Source of the DNA: Chiloscyllium plagiosum | Taxonomy: Eukaryota | Length of the DNA: 62,000 bases | Assembly: GCF_004010195.1 (NCBI RefSeq) | Contig: NC_057758.1 | Coordinates: forward strand, 5,015,066 to 5,077,065 | Reading direction: 5' to 3' | Part shown: piece after piece, positions 37,986 through 52,380 of the stretch | Layout: each line of letters opens with the position of its first letter | Position numbering within the stretch: the first letter of the stretch is position 1 | Program-made: the position numbers and the translations under genes | The notes under the pieces: generated by a model | The model's input: only the letters and a program-made list of their open reading frames with translations | The model's database searches: none | What the model was told of the DNA's origin: nothing

Positions 37986-40900
37986 CAAACTTCAGATTTG
38001 TTTTCCATCTGGAGGTGTTTGTCGCAGAAATGTGGATGTCGTCTAGTATTTCACATTCAATGGAAAATCCACCAGTTAAACAAACGAATGCATTTCATAC
38101 ATTCATGGCTTGCACGACTTAGGTTAATAATCGTAATTTCTAAAAAAAAATCATTTTGAATTAAGCCATCATGTAAAATTCAATATATTATTCTCACTAT
38201 TTCTAAAAACTTCTTCACTGCAGGGTTTTCAAGTTCTGGCAATATAAACCATCTCTTAGTTGTTAGTGAGATCACATCCAAAGGAGTGTGCACAGATCTA
38301 TGCTCCTCACTGAAGAAAGGATAGCGTTACTTTGGAAACAGCTCAGAGATTGGTCCCTGAACACATTCCTGCAAAGAAGACGTTGGCTTTTAAAGAAAGG
38401 ATGATCCTGTTGATCCAATAGCTGTTGGAGTTGTCAAGAATGTAAGATCGTCTTCATTTTATGTGGAACACCAGAAGGAGTCAGCAACAAAAGCCAATTA
38501 CACAGCAAAGATGAGAGATTAAGCAAATTAAATAATCAAGAGGAGGTGGAGAGTATTTAAGTGGACAGAAACAAGTAGGGTAAATGGATCATAATTAGAC
38601 AGGTGGAATGTAGCATGATGCGTACACTGTCTTATTTTCCAGGAAGAATGGAAGACTGGATGCTACTGCAATGGAGAGGGATTACAGAACTTACTGATGC
38701 AATGTACACTGGAGAGTTCACCCTGACATGCTCAGACATCGGGAGTGTTGCTCCATTTCCCAGATGTTTTGTTCCCTGATATTCCCAGTGACCCCAATGC
38801 TCTCAGTAGACACAGTGTTGTTGACGGTGGGGAGTTGTGAAGGGAGGGTATTTTGATCTGTGTATCATGGAGAGGGTCTCTATCTGAGAGGCCGTCTTTT
38901 CATTCTACTTGGAGAATCTAACACAATGGGATTGGCTGACTACTTCTGAATGAAGAGGGTATGGCTGCTGCCAGGAGAATGGGCATTCATAAACATGGTG
39001 GACTGGGAATGCGGAAAATGCAGCATAAATTGAGTGAGAGGTCAATCTGTTCCTGTACTGGGCCAAGCCTCACGAACGCACCAGGTCCAGGCTCCCGTCC
39101 GCACCAGGCCAAGTTGGTCTCATCGTGTTGAAGGAGATGACATCGCTCTGTCATCAGCTTCATGTTCAATCAGGATCCTCTCACGCTCTGCTCCTGGATT
39201 ATGTTTAGCTTGGAAAGTTGTTCTTGGAAAATCCTGGGTGGATGCGACAGATCCCTTTCCCCACACACACTCACTCCGTGGTTTCTGAAGTTCCCATCTC
39301 TGCATCCTGCACTCCATTTTGTGTTCATGCTATAGACCAACGTGCTGTAACTATAGTCCCAATGCTCCATCCAGAGTTGGGTTTCCAAATTCTCAGTCTG
39401 AGGCAACTCACAGAACAACCTCAAGCAAACCGACCCCAGCAGCTCTTTCAAGAACAGGAGACAGTCAGAGGCCCTTTGTAGTACACGGTAATTGGCCACG
39501 CGATCAATAAGTGAGCCAAACAGTGGACAGTCACAAGCATGTTTTAAAGATGTGAGTTACAGCTGCTGAATCCTCCTGCCCAACATGGCACACACCGGGA
39601 AGTGATGACATACCATTTTATTGATTCTGAGCTTCACAATGCCAGCACTCGATACAAACACGAGGCCAGGAAAGATACAATGGGACAGAAAAATTAACAT
39701 TAAAGATTTAAACAAACAATTAATTAACTAATAACATGTTTCTGAAACATAGGCAAGAAGACGTGAGAGTGAGACCTTTGAGGCTTCAATCACAAGAGCG
39801 AGAACATTGCAGAAAGGCATTGCCAGATTAGCTGAAATGGTTTGATGCATCAACTTCTGAACCTGCCTCACAAAATGAACTCAGAAACCATAAACAAGAC
39901 ATCACAACATGGCAGCCCAACAACGACAACTGTGCAGACAATACTTGAGCATGCTCGGTAAACTGACCTATCTGCCCAGCTTGGGAATCAGTGAAAAATT
40001 ACAGCAGTATGTTGCTACCATACTTGCACGAGATAACTGCCTCACATGGGAAAATATTCAGCACATGATGTGAATGACAGTAGATGGGGCTCCCACAAAA
40101 TAATGTCTCCATTTATCCCCTACAGCAGAAAAAGGCAAGAAAGTGTGTGCGTGCATGTGAAGTGCTGGCAGGGGGACTGTGTGTGGGGTTGTGTGTGTTG
40201 TTGTAGTTGAATGTGAAAATCATTGTTTGAGAGAGAGAACGCATGGAGAAAATGAGTTTGAATGTGAACAACTGGAGGAAATTTGGCAAATCGATAGGGA
40301 ATGACTGAGGGACGTTTCATGAACAAATATGATGATATGCTTTAGAATATTAAAATAAAATCATTACCAGACCGAATGACAATATAGATCAGTGCGTTCA
40401 AGATGGGCAGATAGATGGGACTTTGGGTGTGAGTTTGAATATAAGCCGTGGAATACCGACTCAGATTTGCTTCTGCAGGTGTGAAACTCGGAGAGTCAGA
40501 GCAGATTATTGGCATCATTAATGCTGCATTTCATAGCTAAAGTTTAAGAGCAGATTGGTTGAGTTATTGAAATATATTCTGGAGGTGTCACTAATTAAAA
40601 TTAGGAATGGCAATTTGGCGTGAGCTCATGGTCAAAGTGACCCAGGTTTGATGCGTCTGTATCAACCTCAAATATTGTCCCTGGACGGGATGCAGTCAGA
40701 AGAAGGAAATGGAGTTCAGAACCAAAGCATAAGACAGCGACGTCCATGTTCCCAATAATTAAGTAATAAAGGCATTGATACAATGAACAGTATTTCACAC
40801 CTGAATAGGTCAGCTTAAAGACACATGAAGGATATTGCCAGAAGCAAAGCGGGAGAGAGTGAATGAACGAGTTCACTGATGCGGTTCGTAATCGTCTGTA

Positions 40901-41015
40901 AAGTGAACAAATTGATCCAGAGTTAGCAGGAACAATGACAAGGCGTGCACAGCAGGTGAAACAAATAGTAATGCAATCTATGCCTGGTTTTATAGAAATA
41001 ACATCTGAGACTGAC

Positions 41016-41173
41016 CAGAGACATCAATGATAGCCAGAATAGGACAATAAGAAAAGAATAATGAAAAATGCAATACAGATTCATGATAATAATGACAACC
41101 AATATGTAGCAAGTTTCCAAACATTCTCAGATAAACCCCGTTCCATCATTATAATTCTCGGATTCTGATCCAT
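41016..41173 (-). pseudogene. Disabled first exon of GPR139-like gene, copy B
   Basis: Reads MDQNPRIIMMERGLSENVWKLATYWLSLLS*ICIAFFII, then a frameshift, then YCPILAIIDVS+G|GTCAGT, homologous to YFPILAIVGVP+G|GTGAGT of copy A. In-frame TGA at 41081-41083. Length 158 nt is out of phase. Confidence 0.8.
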
Positions 41174-41299
41174 TGTTCGAACATTCCAGCCTAATGTTCT
41201 GAGATTCCCATCTCTGTTCTCCCTGTCTCTGGAGCTGCTTAACCGTGTTACCGCTGTCGTTGACGCTTCTCCTCATATAATGTGATATCATATTGAACA

Positions 41300-41392
41300 G
41301 AGTTTATTTATCATTGAAAGATCAAAACCCTTCACTGGGATAATTAGAACCCAATGAGACTGACATTTATCATCGTCACCCAACAAACAGGA
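41300..41392 (-). promoter_or_regulatory. Putative promoter block upstream of first exon B
   Basis: Homologous to 60340-60430 (shared GACTGACATTTAT...GTCAC...CAAACAG), at a similar distance from the ATG. Confidence 0.45.
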
Positions 41393-41729
41393 TGGGTTTA
41401 CCCTTTCATTCCTTTACTTTTCATATCACAAGAAAAGGGAACATTTACACAGTTGCGTATGGAATGCATGACACTTGCAGAGGGATGGACAATGAATCTT
41501 TAAATCTTTTAAATCTGTCTTCCTTGTATGTGGGAGTATTGCCAGAACACTGCAGGGTTGTACATGTTCCACTCTGTTTACAAAAGAATGCAGAGATATA
41601 AGAACAGATCAGCTACATCAAGTGACTGGTGGGAGCAGTGCTGGTCGCAGGACTTCAGTACAAATATACGACCCTCCACAACCTCCCCGCCACTTTATCT
41701 CTCACTTCCGGCCAATTATCTCCAGCGAA

Positions 41730-41805
41730 CCGTGAATTCCACAGTGCCAGAGACTTGGGTTCAATTCCAATCTCGGGCAATTTTCTATGTGGTGTTTGCA
41801 TATTT
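41730..41805 (+). mobile_element. HE1-like SINE 5' fragment
   Basis: cacagtgccagagacttgggttcaattcc...tgtggtgtttgca resembles the SINE head at 21220-21290. Confidence 0.55.
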
Positions 41806-43369
41806 TGCCTTAACAATAAGCAATACTTCATATTTAACTGATATAAATTCCGTCAGCCTCTCTTCGATATTGCAGCCCATCTGAAAAAGGTCCCGCTGTA
41901 TTCTGAGGTAACCTTCTTCACTGTCGACTGCACCACACGTTTTGTGGTTATCTATAAACTTACTAACTATTCCTACGATGTTCACATCGAAATCGTAAAC
42001 ATAAATGAAAACATCCAATGGACCCAGCATTAATTCTTTTCGCACATTGTTTAAATCCACCCAGAAGCAGATAGAATGTTTAACTGTGACGTGCCCTTCC
42101 TTTTCCCTCTTAAAATGTGAAGACTGAAAATACTGGAGATCAAAATCGAGAGTGTGTTGCTGCAAACGTTCAGCAGGTCAGGCAGCATCCGAGGAGCAGC
42201 AATATCCATGTTTCGGGCAAGAGCCCGTCATCCTTTTCACTTCCCGATGAATAATATCCCCCACTCCAAACTTTGATGGAGAGGGCTTTCAGCTCGAACT
42301 GACCCGTCTGCTGCACTTGTTCCCTCAACCCTTCCCCTCCGTCCCAGATCAAGTCAACCTTTACTACTGCAGTAAACACAATACTTTCTGATCTAAAATA
42401 AAACACAGAATTGCAGATGTTGGAGATCTGAGACAAAACATCTTTCAATGAAGAGTCCCTAGATTTGACATGGTATCTCCGCTTTCTTCCAACAGGTGCA
42501 GTCAGAACGGCTGCGGCTTACAAACAATTTCTTGCAGATCTTATTTCCTGCTTATAACAAGCACAAAATTTGCCCTGCAGATTTGACTTAGACATATAAA
42601 TTCCACCAGTGATTTTTAAAAAAATTCCATGCTGTTTCGATGATCCACCCAAATTGTTTCTGTGTAATCTTAGCACTGTTGTCTATAGTGATGTTCATGG
42701 TGTATTCCATGATGTGTTTTCTGAGGCCTTTTTAAATATTAAAATAATCCCACTGCCTGTCCTTCGTTATTCTCAAGGGGAATTATGAGATTGTCCCTGA
42801 CTCTCCCCTTGTGCAGGCAGGGTGGAAAGGGACAATGTTTGCCCAGCAATGCTGGCCATTCGTCCCGATGGCTTATAATACTGTAAACTGGATTGTGGGG
42901 GAGACAACCAAAGAGCAGGCAAGCATGGTTTGGTTTCATGGCTTCCATCCTCGTCCCAGACCAAGGGGAAGTCATGCTTATGACCTCCCCACCCAGAATG
43001 AGCTTCGTGACCATTTCCACAATGCAAGTTTAGGGAGGACAGTAAATTTCCCCCTGCATATCAGATGCAGGCTCAATATCAGGGCTGTGCAATTCAGTTC
43101 CGCATGGACTGTGTTTGTCCCGGTGCACGATGGAGCTTTCACAGATGACGCTAGTTTCCGGGATGCTGGGTAAGTCAGGACTCCGGTAAATGACAGTTGC
43201 TCTGGGAATTATTTACAGTAAGCAGTGGGAACGACCCGACAAGATTATCACTGTGAGGCCTCAAACACATGTATTGAGTTTGGTGAGATTCACTTAGCCA
43301 CACAGAGGGAATCTTGCCCCAAACCCAACTCAACTGGCACTTTGCTTAAAGTACGAAAAGATTTATCTA

Positions 43370-45135
43370 ATACATAAGAACATAAGCACATGGAGCAGGA
43401 GTAGGCCATCTGTCCACTCTGCCATTCAATAATATCATGATTGATATTTTTATGCGATCAATATAGCCCTTAATTCCTGCACTGCTTAAAAAAACGAACT
43501 ATTTTCTCCTTAAAAACATTCAACGAGGTAGCCTCAGCTGCTTCGAAAGGCAGGGAATCCCACAGATGCACAGGCTTTTCGGTCAAAAAGTTCCTCATCA
43601 ACTCAGTCTTAAATCTGCTCCCCCTTTTTTCAGGCAATGCTCATTCATTTTAGTTTCATCAGCCAGTAGAAACAGCCTCCCTGTTTTAATCTTATCTACT
43701 CCCTTCATAAGCTTGTATTTTTCTGTCAGATCCCCCTCATTCTTCCGAATAGCAATGAGTATAGTCCCATTCTACGCAATGGTTTCTCATAAGGCAAACT
43801 TCCCAACTCCAGAATCGACCTCGTGAAGCTGCTCTGCACCCACTCCAGTGCCAGTACATCCTTTCTGACGGAGAGAGATCACAACTGAACATATTACTCC
43901 AAGTTTAGCCTCGCCAGCACACTATATAGCAGCAACATTACCTTCTTGTTTTCAATCTCATCCCTTTACCAACTAAAGACAACATCCATTTGCCTTCTTG
44001 TTTATTTGCTGCACCTGTAAACCAGCTTCTATTAATTCATTCGCAAGGACACACAGATCCCTCTACACAGCTGAATGTTGCATGTTTTCTCCATTTGAAT
44101 CTTACTTCATTTTGCTGTTCGTCTTAACAAATTATTCCAGCAAAATGGATGACTATACATTTACCAACGTTGTACTCCATCTGACAGATTCTTGCCCACA
44201 CACTTTACTAGTTAAGACTTGTTACTGGAATCTTGGAGTCATAGAGTCACAGAGATGTACAGCATGGAAACCTAAACCTACCCTTCAGTCCAACCAGTCC
44301 ATGCCGACCAGATATCCCAAACCCATCTCCTCCGACCTGTCAGCATTCGGCCCATATCCCTCCAAACTCTTTCTATTCATATACCCATTCAGGTGCCTCT
44401 TAAAAGTTGCAATTATACCAGCCTCCACCACTTCTTCTGGCAGATCACTCCATACACGTACCACCCTCTTTGTGAAAAGAATTGCCCCTGAGGTCTCTTT
44501 TACATCTTGCCCCTCTCAATCTAAACCCATGCCCTCTAGTTCTGGACTCCTCGACCCCAAGGAAAATACTTTGTCTATTTATCATATCCATGCCCCTTAT
44601 GATTTTTAAACCTCTATGTGGTCACCCCTCAACCTCCGACGCTCCAGTGAAAACAGCCACAGACTCTTCAGTTTCTCTTTATAACTCAAATCCTCCAACC
44701 CTGGCAACCTCATTGTAAATCTTTTCCGAACCGTTTCAAGTTTCACGACATCTTTCAGACAGGAAGGAGACCAGAATTGCATGCAATATTCCAACAGTGA
44801 TCTGACCAATGTCCTATACAGCCGCAACACAACCTCTCATCTTCTGTGCTCAATACCCTGACCTACAAAAGAAAGCATCAAAAATGCCTTCTTCACTATC
44901 TTATCTCATTGCGACTCCACTTTCAAGGAGCTATGAACCTGCACTCCAAATTGTCTTTGTTCAGCAACACTCCCTCGGACCTTACCATTAAGAGTATAAG
45001 TCCTGCTGAGATTTACATTCCCACCTCACATTTATCTGAATTAACTCCAACTGCTACTTCTCAGCCCATTGGCCCAGCGATCAAGATCCTGTTGTAATCT
45101 GAGGTAACTTGCTTCGCTCTCCACAGCATCTCAAG
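43370..45135 (-). mobile_element. Nested CR1 3' fragments
   Basis: MLRLYRTLVRSLLEYCMQFWSP...LFSLERRRLRGD (44606-44830). Tails cataagaacataag (43372) and gagtcatagagtca (44236). Confidence 0.75.
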
Positions 45136-46589
45136 GATAACATAGTTTATATCAGTTTATCAAAGAATATGGACTGCAATGATACAGTGATCAGTGGTGG
45201 ATTCTCAACGATTTGCATGTTATGTCAACAGTTTAAATAAATTGGTGGATGACACTAACGTAGGCAGGAAACTGAGTTATCAAGAGGAGGCAGCGAATCT
45301 GTAAATGAATTTAAAATGGACATCAACTAAGCAGTTGGAATATAATGTAGGTCACTGTCGACCTGTTTTTTTTTCCAGGAAGAACAAAAGGCCGTATATT
45401 ACATAAATGGAAAGAGTATATCAGGCTTAATGATACAGTGTGCGCTGGAGGGTTCATTCTGAATTATTCAGACATCACAGCTTGGCTTCATCCACCAGAT
45501 GGTTTACTCCCTAATGTTCACGGTGCCCACCTAGCTCTCAGTACACAAGGAATATTTTGATGTGATTGGTTGGCGGGGAGGCGGGGAAGTGGTGAGTGGG
45601 AGGGTTTTTTGCCGCGGTGATGACATTTATCCGTGTCAGTGGAGAGCCGAAAACGATGGGAATGTTTGACTGCTTCTTAATGAAGAGGCCGTGGCTGCTA
45701 CCTGGACAGTGCGTATTCACCAAAATAATGTATTGTGCATGCTCACATTGCAACATTAATGGAGTGAGAGATTGAGGGCCCAGTCACAAGAATGACAACA
45801 TAAAATAAAGTCATTGACAGATGAGCTGTTATAATTAGTTATATCATATTCTCAATCCCCCTCACAGAACCAGTCCAGGCACCATAAATCCAGAGGACAT
45901 ATCCCTTCAGCATGCAACATTATATAGATCAAGCTCTGTTCGATCCAACCCCGAAATTCTAACCAGAGTAGAACACTGTGCAGACCATAGTAGAATATGA
46001 TATTTCAACACGGACTAAATATCTGTACCCCAAACAGGAGCTATGCAGACAACAATAGGATCATTCTATCTTGGCCACTCTAAGTGAAGTACGTTGGAAG
46101 AGATTGCGATAAATTTTATTATACTTTCTGGAACTTCGCATGTGTTTTGATGTACTCTTCCAAATTATAGTGTGAATGGATTGTAAACTCCTGAAAAAAA
46201 CCCAATGGCAACATACGGGTCAGAAATGTGCATGTTCATCTCCTTCTGTTAATATCACAAGGACAACATTGCAAGGAATCGGACAAAACTGCTCTGAGTC
46301 TCCAAAGTAATTCTTTAAAGAAGAAAACAGCCATGAAATGCTCTAAAGATGATGGCAGAGTCAGTATGTCCCAGCCAGAGTTCCTCTGCTACACTGCTCT
46401 TTGATTTTTATTCTCTTTATGGAGTTATTTCATTCCCCAAACAGTTCACGTTCTAAGGTTACTTGGTGGTGAATAGAGGGGGTGAGTCCCAGACCAGGGT
46501 TTGACCTGGGGGAATGAGGTCTGGGGCAATGAGTCCTGGAGGCGAGTCGTAGACCAGACGCTGGTCTGGGACGTGAGGCCTCAGGTTTT

Positions 46590-49270
46590 GAAACCTGATC
46601 CAGTCTGGAAATTGGCTCGGTGCGGTCTGGAGACTCGACCCTGCGTTGGTCTCTGCACTGGGCCCGTTGCAGTCTGGCGACTGTACTCAGTGCTGTCTGG
46701 AGACTGGGCCTGGTGCGGTCTGTGTACTAGCCCCAGTGCTGTCTGAAGACTTGGCCCAATGCTTTGTGAATATTTCGCTTAGTTTGGTCCAGAGATTCGG
46801 ACAGCATGGAGACTCTGTCTGGTGCGGTATGGACACTGGGCCCGGTGTAGTCTGGAAACTTGACCCAGTGTGGTCTGAAGACACGGCACGGTGCGGCATG
46901 GAGATGCAGTCTCTTGTGGTACGGAGGCTGAGCCCGGTGCTGCCTGGAGACTGAGCCCATTGCGAACTGCAGACTTGACCTGATGTGGTCTGGAGGCTGC
47001 AACTGGTATGGCCCAGAGGCTGGGCCCGTTCCCGTCTGGAGATTGACTCTAGCGTGGCCTGTAGACTAAGATGGCTCAGTCTTGAGACTCGGCCCAGTGC
47101 GATCTGGAGACAGGGCCCGTTGTGATCTGCAGACTTGACCTGGTGCATTCTGCAGACATGAACTGATGTTGTCTGGAGATTGAGTCTGGTGTAGTCTGCA
47201 GACTGAGTATGGTGCAGACTGGATACTGGCCCCAGTGCGCTCTGGGTACTTGGCACATTGAAGTTTTGAACTCGATCTGGAGCAATCTGGTGATTAGGCC
47301 CAATGCAGTTGGACTACTGGAGACTGGGATTGGCGCAATCTGCTGACTCTGCCAGTTATGGTCTGGCGACTTGGCCCTGTGCAGTCTGGCGACTTGGCCT
47401 GGGGTGTTCTGGAGTCTGGGCCAGTGCGGTCTGGAGACTCAGCTAGGTGCCCAATGCAGTCTGGAAACTGGGCCCAGCATGCCCCTAAACTGGGACAGAC
47501 TAGACACAGTGCGGTCGGGAGATTGGGCACAGTAGAGTGTGCAGACTTGGATTCTTGCAATCTGGAGACTTGGAATGGTGTGAGCTGGAGACATGGCACA
47601 CTGTGTTCTGGAGACTCAGCCTGGTGCAGTCTGGAGACTTGGCCATGTGCGGTTTGGGGATTTGTTCTGGTGTCGTCTGGAGACTAGGCGCAGTGTGATG
47701 TGAAGACTCGGACTGGCGCGGTGTGAAGACTTGGAACAGAGCAGTCTGGAGACTCGGCCCGGTCCAGTCTGGAGAGACGGCCTGGTGTGGAATGGAGAAT
47801 TGGTCTGGTGCGGTGTAGAGACTAGGCACAGTGCGGCCTGGCGACTGAGCCCTGTGCAGTCTGGAGTCTGAGCCCGGAGTGATCTGGAGACTGGGTCTGG
47901 CGCGATCTGCAGACTTGGCAGGGTTCAATGTGGAGACTGGGTCCGCTGCAGTCTGGAGACTTGATCTGTCGCTTTCTGGTTACTTAGACTACTGTGGTCA
48001 GGAGAGACGGCCACATGTGATCTGGATTCTTGGCTTGATGTGGATTGGATACTGGGTGCAGTGCGGTCTAAGGACTGGATCTGGTGCAGTCTGGAGACTG
48101 GCCTGGGTGCGGTCTGTACAGTTGGCTTTCTGCCGTCTGGAGACCTGGCCCAATGCAGTCTGGAGACTTGGCCCAGTGTGATCTGGAGATTTGACAGTGC
48201 GCAGTCTGGAATTTCGGCCTGGTGGAGTCTGGAGACATGGCCTGCTGTGGTCTGGAGACTTGGCCCAGTGCAGTCTGGAGACTGGGCACAGCACGCCCTT
48301 AGACTGGGACTGGTCCATTCTGGAGAATGGAACTGGTGCGGTCGGAAGACTGGGCTCAATGCGGTCAGGAGATTGGGCACAGTAGTGTATGCAGACTTGG
48401 CTTCTTGCAATCTGGACACTTGGCGTGGTATGTTCTGGAGACTGGGCCCAGTGCGATCTGGAGACTTGGCCTGGCGTGGTCTGGAGACTGGAGCCCATGT
48501 GGTCTAGAGACTGGGCTCAGTGCAGTCTGCAGAACTGACCAAATGCGGTATGGAGACTTGGCTCAGTGCGTCATTCAGGCTTGATCAGGTCTTATCTGGA
48601 GACTGCACCCGGTGTGGTCTGGAGACTGGGCACGTTGCAGTCTGTCGACTCGGCCGGGTGCGGTCTCGAGACTGGGCACAGTCTGATCTGCAGACCTGGT
48701 CTGGTGTAATCTGGAGACACAGCCAAGTGTGCACTGGAGATTTGGCCTGATGCAATGTGTAGACTGTGCCCAGTGTGATCTGCAGACTTGGCCTGGTGCG
48801 GTCAGGTCACAAAGCCTGATGTGGCCAGGTGACTGTGTCCGCAGCAGTCTGTGGACTGGTTTTGGTGCAGTCAGGCGACTGGATATGTGGCCCAGGGCGG
48901 TCTGGAGACACGGTCCACTGTGATCTGGAGGTTTGGCCTAATGCAGTCTGTAGACTGGGCCCAATGTGACTTGCAATCTTGGCCAGTTGAGATCAGGAGA
49001 CATGACCTGGTGTGGTCTGGAGACGAGGACCAGTGTTGTCTGAAGCCTCGAACTGGTACAGTGCGGACTTGGCCTGGTGCAGTCTGGAGACATGGTCCGA
49101 TGTGTTCTGGACACGGGGTCCCGTACAGACTGTGGACCAGGTACAGTGTGGTCTGGGGACTGGGCCCTGTGCGATCTGAATACTTTGTCTCGTTCGGTCT
49201 GGAGACGTGGCCCAATGCAGTCTGGAGATTGGACCTGGAACAAGGCAGATGGATAATGGGTATCCTGGAG
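46590..49270 (+). repeat. Degenerate minisatellite, 23-bp unit (consensus about CTGGAGACTGGGCCCAGTGCAGT), roughly 115 copies
   Basis: ctggaga recurs every 23 bp (e.g. 48160, 48183). Confidence 0.92.
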
Positions 49271-49479
49271 ATGTAATTTCTCTGGACTGCTGTAAGTAAT
49301 TGATTAAGGTGTAGGACAAATAGTAATTCCGTAAAATAAACGCACACTATTTTGGAATAATTTATCAACTTGAATAGAAGATCAGCCAAACAAAATAACG
49401 CATTGAGATGGAATAGATGCATCGTTTTCTGGCAGATTTTGGGGTGCCATAGAGTTCGATTCCCAGGCTCCAACACTTT

Positions 49480-52380
49480 GCAGTCTATTTGATGTATTGA
49501 TTGGGAGAATAGAAAATAATACAGCCAGATTTACAGGTGATGTTCTAATAGGTGGAAAAATAGATTGTAATGAAGATATATGACATTTACAAATGATAAT
49601 GAATGGGTCAACATCTGACAGATGAAATTTAACATGGATATGTATTCAGTTTTGCATTTTGTACAGAGAAATACAAAAGCAACTTATTAGCTTAATGTAG
49701 AGAAACGTTATCGAGTTTAGCTGCAGAAGGATCTGTGTTTCCTCGTTTTAATCACGAAAAAGGTAAATGCATGTACAGCAGGCATTGAGGTCGGCAAACA
49801 TAATTAAGGCGTTTATTTGGAAAGAATAAAGATTAAATGTAAGAAAGTATTTTTGCATTCATTCAATGCATTAGCAAAACGCAACAGGAGCACTGTATAC
49901 TTTATTGAGGAGAGATGCAGCTGCACTGGAGGCAGTTCGGAAGATTTTCATTAGTTTGTTTCCAGTGATGAGAAGTTTGTCTCATTAAGAGAGATTGGGC
50001 AGTTCATATCTATACTGCCAGATTAGATTAGATTACTTACAGTGTGGAAGGAGGCCCGTCAGCCCAATGAGGAGATTGCATTGAAGTCTGAAAAATACCA
50101 AAGGCGATTGACGATGTAGTTTTGATTTGATATTTCCTCATGTGAGGCAATCTGGAACATGCGATCAGAATTATAGAATAAGAAGGAACAGATTTAATAC
50201 AGGGGTGAAGAGATCTTCCTTCTCTCAAAGCGTTGTGACTCTGTGTAATGTACTGACCGAGAGTGCAGTGAATGCTGGGATATTGAGTAAATGAAGCAAT
50301 GTGGAGACTGGATAGGAAAATGGAACTGAAGCTAAGATGACATCAACCATTGCTGTTTCAAAATGGTGGAGCAGGGTCAAGTGGCTGATTTGCCGACTTA
50401 AATACTCTTCGTTCCTGTTCAGTCCTTCAAATATGCTACAGGAATGCGGGAGGGCTGGTAATCAAACAGGGATCAGGCACGGGGGAATAATCAGTCTTCA
50501 TGAGTTTGACAGAACGAAACAAGTCGAGTTACACAGTGACCAGTGCTGGGTACTCAACTATTTGCAGTCTATATCAATAATTTGAGTATAAGGCCATAAG
50601 ATATAGGAGCAGAATTTGGGCCACTCAGCCGATCGAGTCTGCTTCACCACTCAATCGTGGCTGATATATTTCTCAACCCCATTCTCCCGCTTTCTCCACA
50701 CAAATCTTGATCTCCTTGATGTGCAAAAATCTACCTGTTTCAGTCTTAAGTATGTTAAATGAACTCGTCTCGACGGCCTTCTCTGGCAATTAATTTCAGA
50801 AATTCACCGCTGTCTGGCCGAAGATGTTTCTCCTTATCTCTGTTCTAAAATGTCTTCTCTTTCCTCTCAGGCTATGCCTTTGGATGCTATTGCATCCTAC
50901 CAATGGAAACATATTCCAACCACACATCCAGTCCACGCTATTCAGTATTCTATAAGTTTCAATTACATCCTTCCTAATTTTTTGAAACAACATCGAGTAT
51001 TTACCCAGAGTCCTCAAAAATTCATCGTGTGATAAGCTCTTCATTCCTGCAACCTCCTCTCAAAGCCACACAGAAAGCCAGTACATCCTTCCTGAGATGC
51101 GGTGGACAAATCTGCGCAAAGTGCGCTAAATATGGTCTGACCAGAGTCTTATTCACCCTCAAAAGTATGTACATGCTTATATATTCATGTCCTCACAAAA
51201 TAAATGTCATCATTACATTGGCCTTCTGGCTCAAACTGCAAGTTCACCTTCAGAGAATGCTGGACGACAGCACCCGAGTCACTTTGCACTTCTGATTTTC
51301 TCCCCATTTAAAAAAAATGCCCATATCTCTATTCTTCCTCCCAATGTGGATGACCTCACAATTTCCTTAGTTGTAATCCATTGTTTTGCCCACTCGACCA
51401 AAACGTCGAACTCTTTCTGCAGACTCCTCCATGTTACGGGTCAATCTACCTATTTTTGCATCATCTTCAAATCTATCTAAACGCTTAGTTGCTTCATCCA
51501 GAATGTTAATGTATAAAATTGAAAGTTAGAGGAACAAATTTACTGTAACTAGTGTCTGACGTAGCAAATAAGGTAAGCAGGATCTGAAGTACCAAGAGAA
51601 GGTGGAGAGTTTGTGAATGAAAATAAACAGACAAATTTACAGTATGTCAGCATGAATACAGGCCCTTCGGCTCAAACGTGTCTCTGCTGACAATAGTGCC
51701 CACTCAACCGGGTCCAGTTGTCCGCATTTGGTCCATATCCCCTTACCGTACCGTTAGAATTTTGTTTTTTTTTAGTTTGCTATTGTAACCGGATCAACCA
51801 ATCTCTCTGGCAGCCCATTCCATAAACACACTGTTCTCTGGATGAAGACGATGCCACTCAGGTCATCCATAAATCTTTCCCGTCTCACATTAAACCTATA
51901 CCCACTAGTTTTCCATTCACCATTCCTGGAAAGGAGAATATTTTTCTTCTTCCTATCAATGTTCACTCATCGTTCTCCTGAATTCTGAGAAATAAAGTCC
52001 TATCCTGGTCAAATTCTCCATATAATTCAAGCCTACTTTTCCTGGCATCATTCTCGTTAAACTTATTTGCAGTCTTCCCAGTTTAACTGCGTGTTTCACA
52101 TAACAGGGTGACCTCATTTGTACGCAATTTTTCAATTGTGACCTCACCAATAAAACTGTAGTTAACATTCCAACTCCCATACGCAATACTACGACAAATG
52201 AATGCCAGCATGTTAAATCCCTTCTTCACCATCCTGCTTACCTGTGACGCTGCTTTCAATGAACTATGTATTTGTATTCTTCGACCTGTCTGCTCCTCAG
52301 GACCTTAAACATTTCCTATATAAGGCCTATCTTGGTTTGACTTTCCAAGTGCAACACCTATCAGTAATATATACTGAATT
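49480..52380. mobile_element. Degraded CR1 fragments in both orientations
   Basis: CR1 3' peptides in ORFs 50796..51044, 51772..51966 and 51956..52186. Confidence 0.6.

Noticed and set aside
40368..40470. Possible extra exon (PIYLPILNALIYIVIRS followed by GTAATG)
   Set aside because: No convincing start, ectodomain repeat or promoter block. It lies within intron sequence of unit B, and the resemblance to TM1 is probably chance.
46590..49270. CRISPR-like array (short palindromic repeats)
   Set aside because: The units are contiguous and degenerate with no unique spacers. There are no cas genes, and the context is vertebrate.
46501..49476. Many overlapping 100-200 aa ORFs on both strands
   Set aside because: A by-product of the stop-poor 23-bp repeat. 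The period is not a multiple of 3, and no domain is recognisable.
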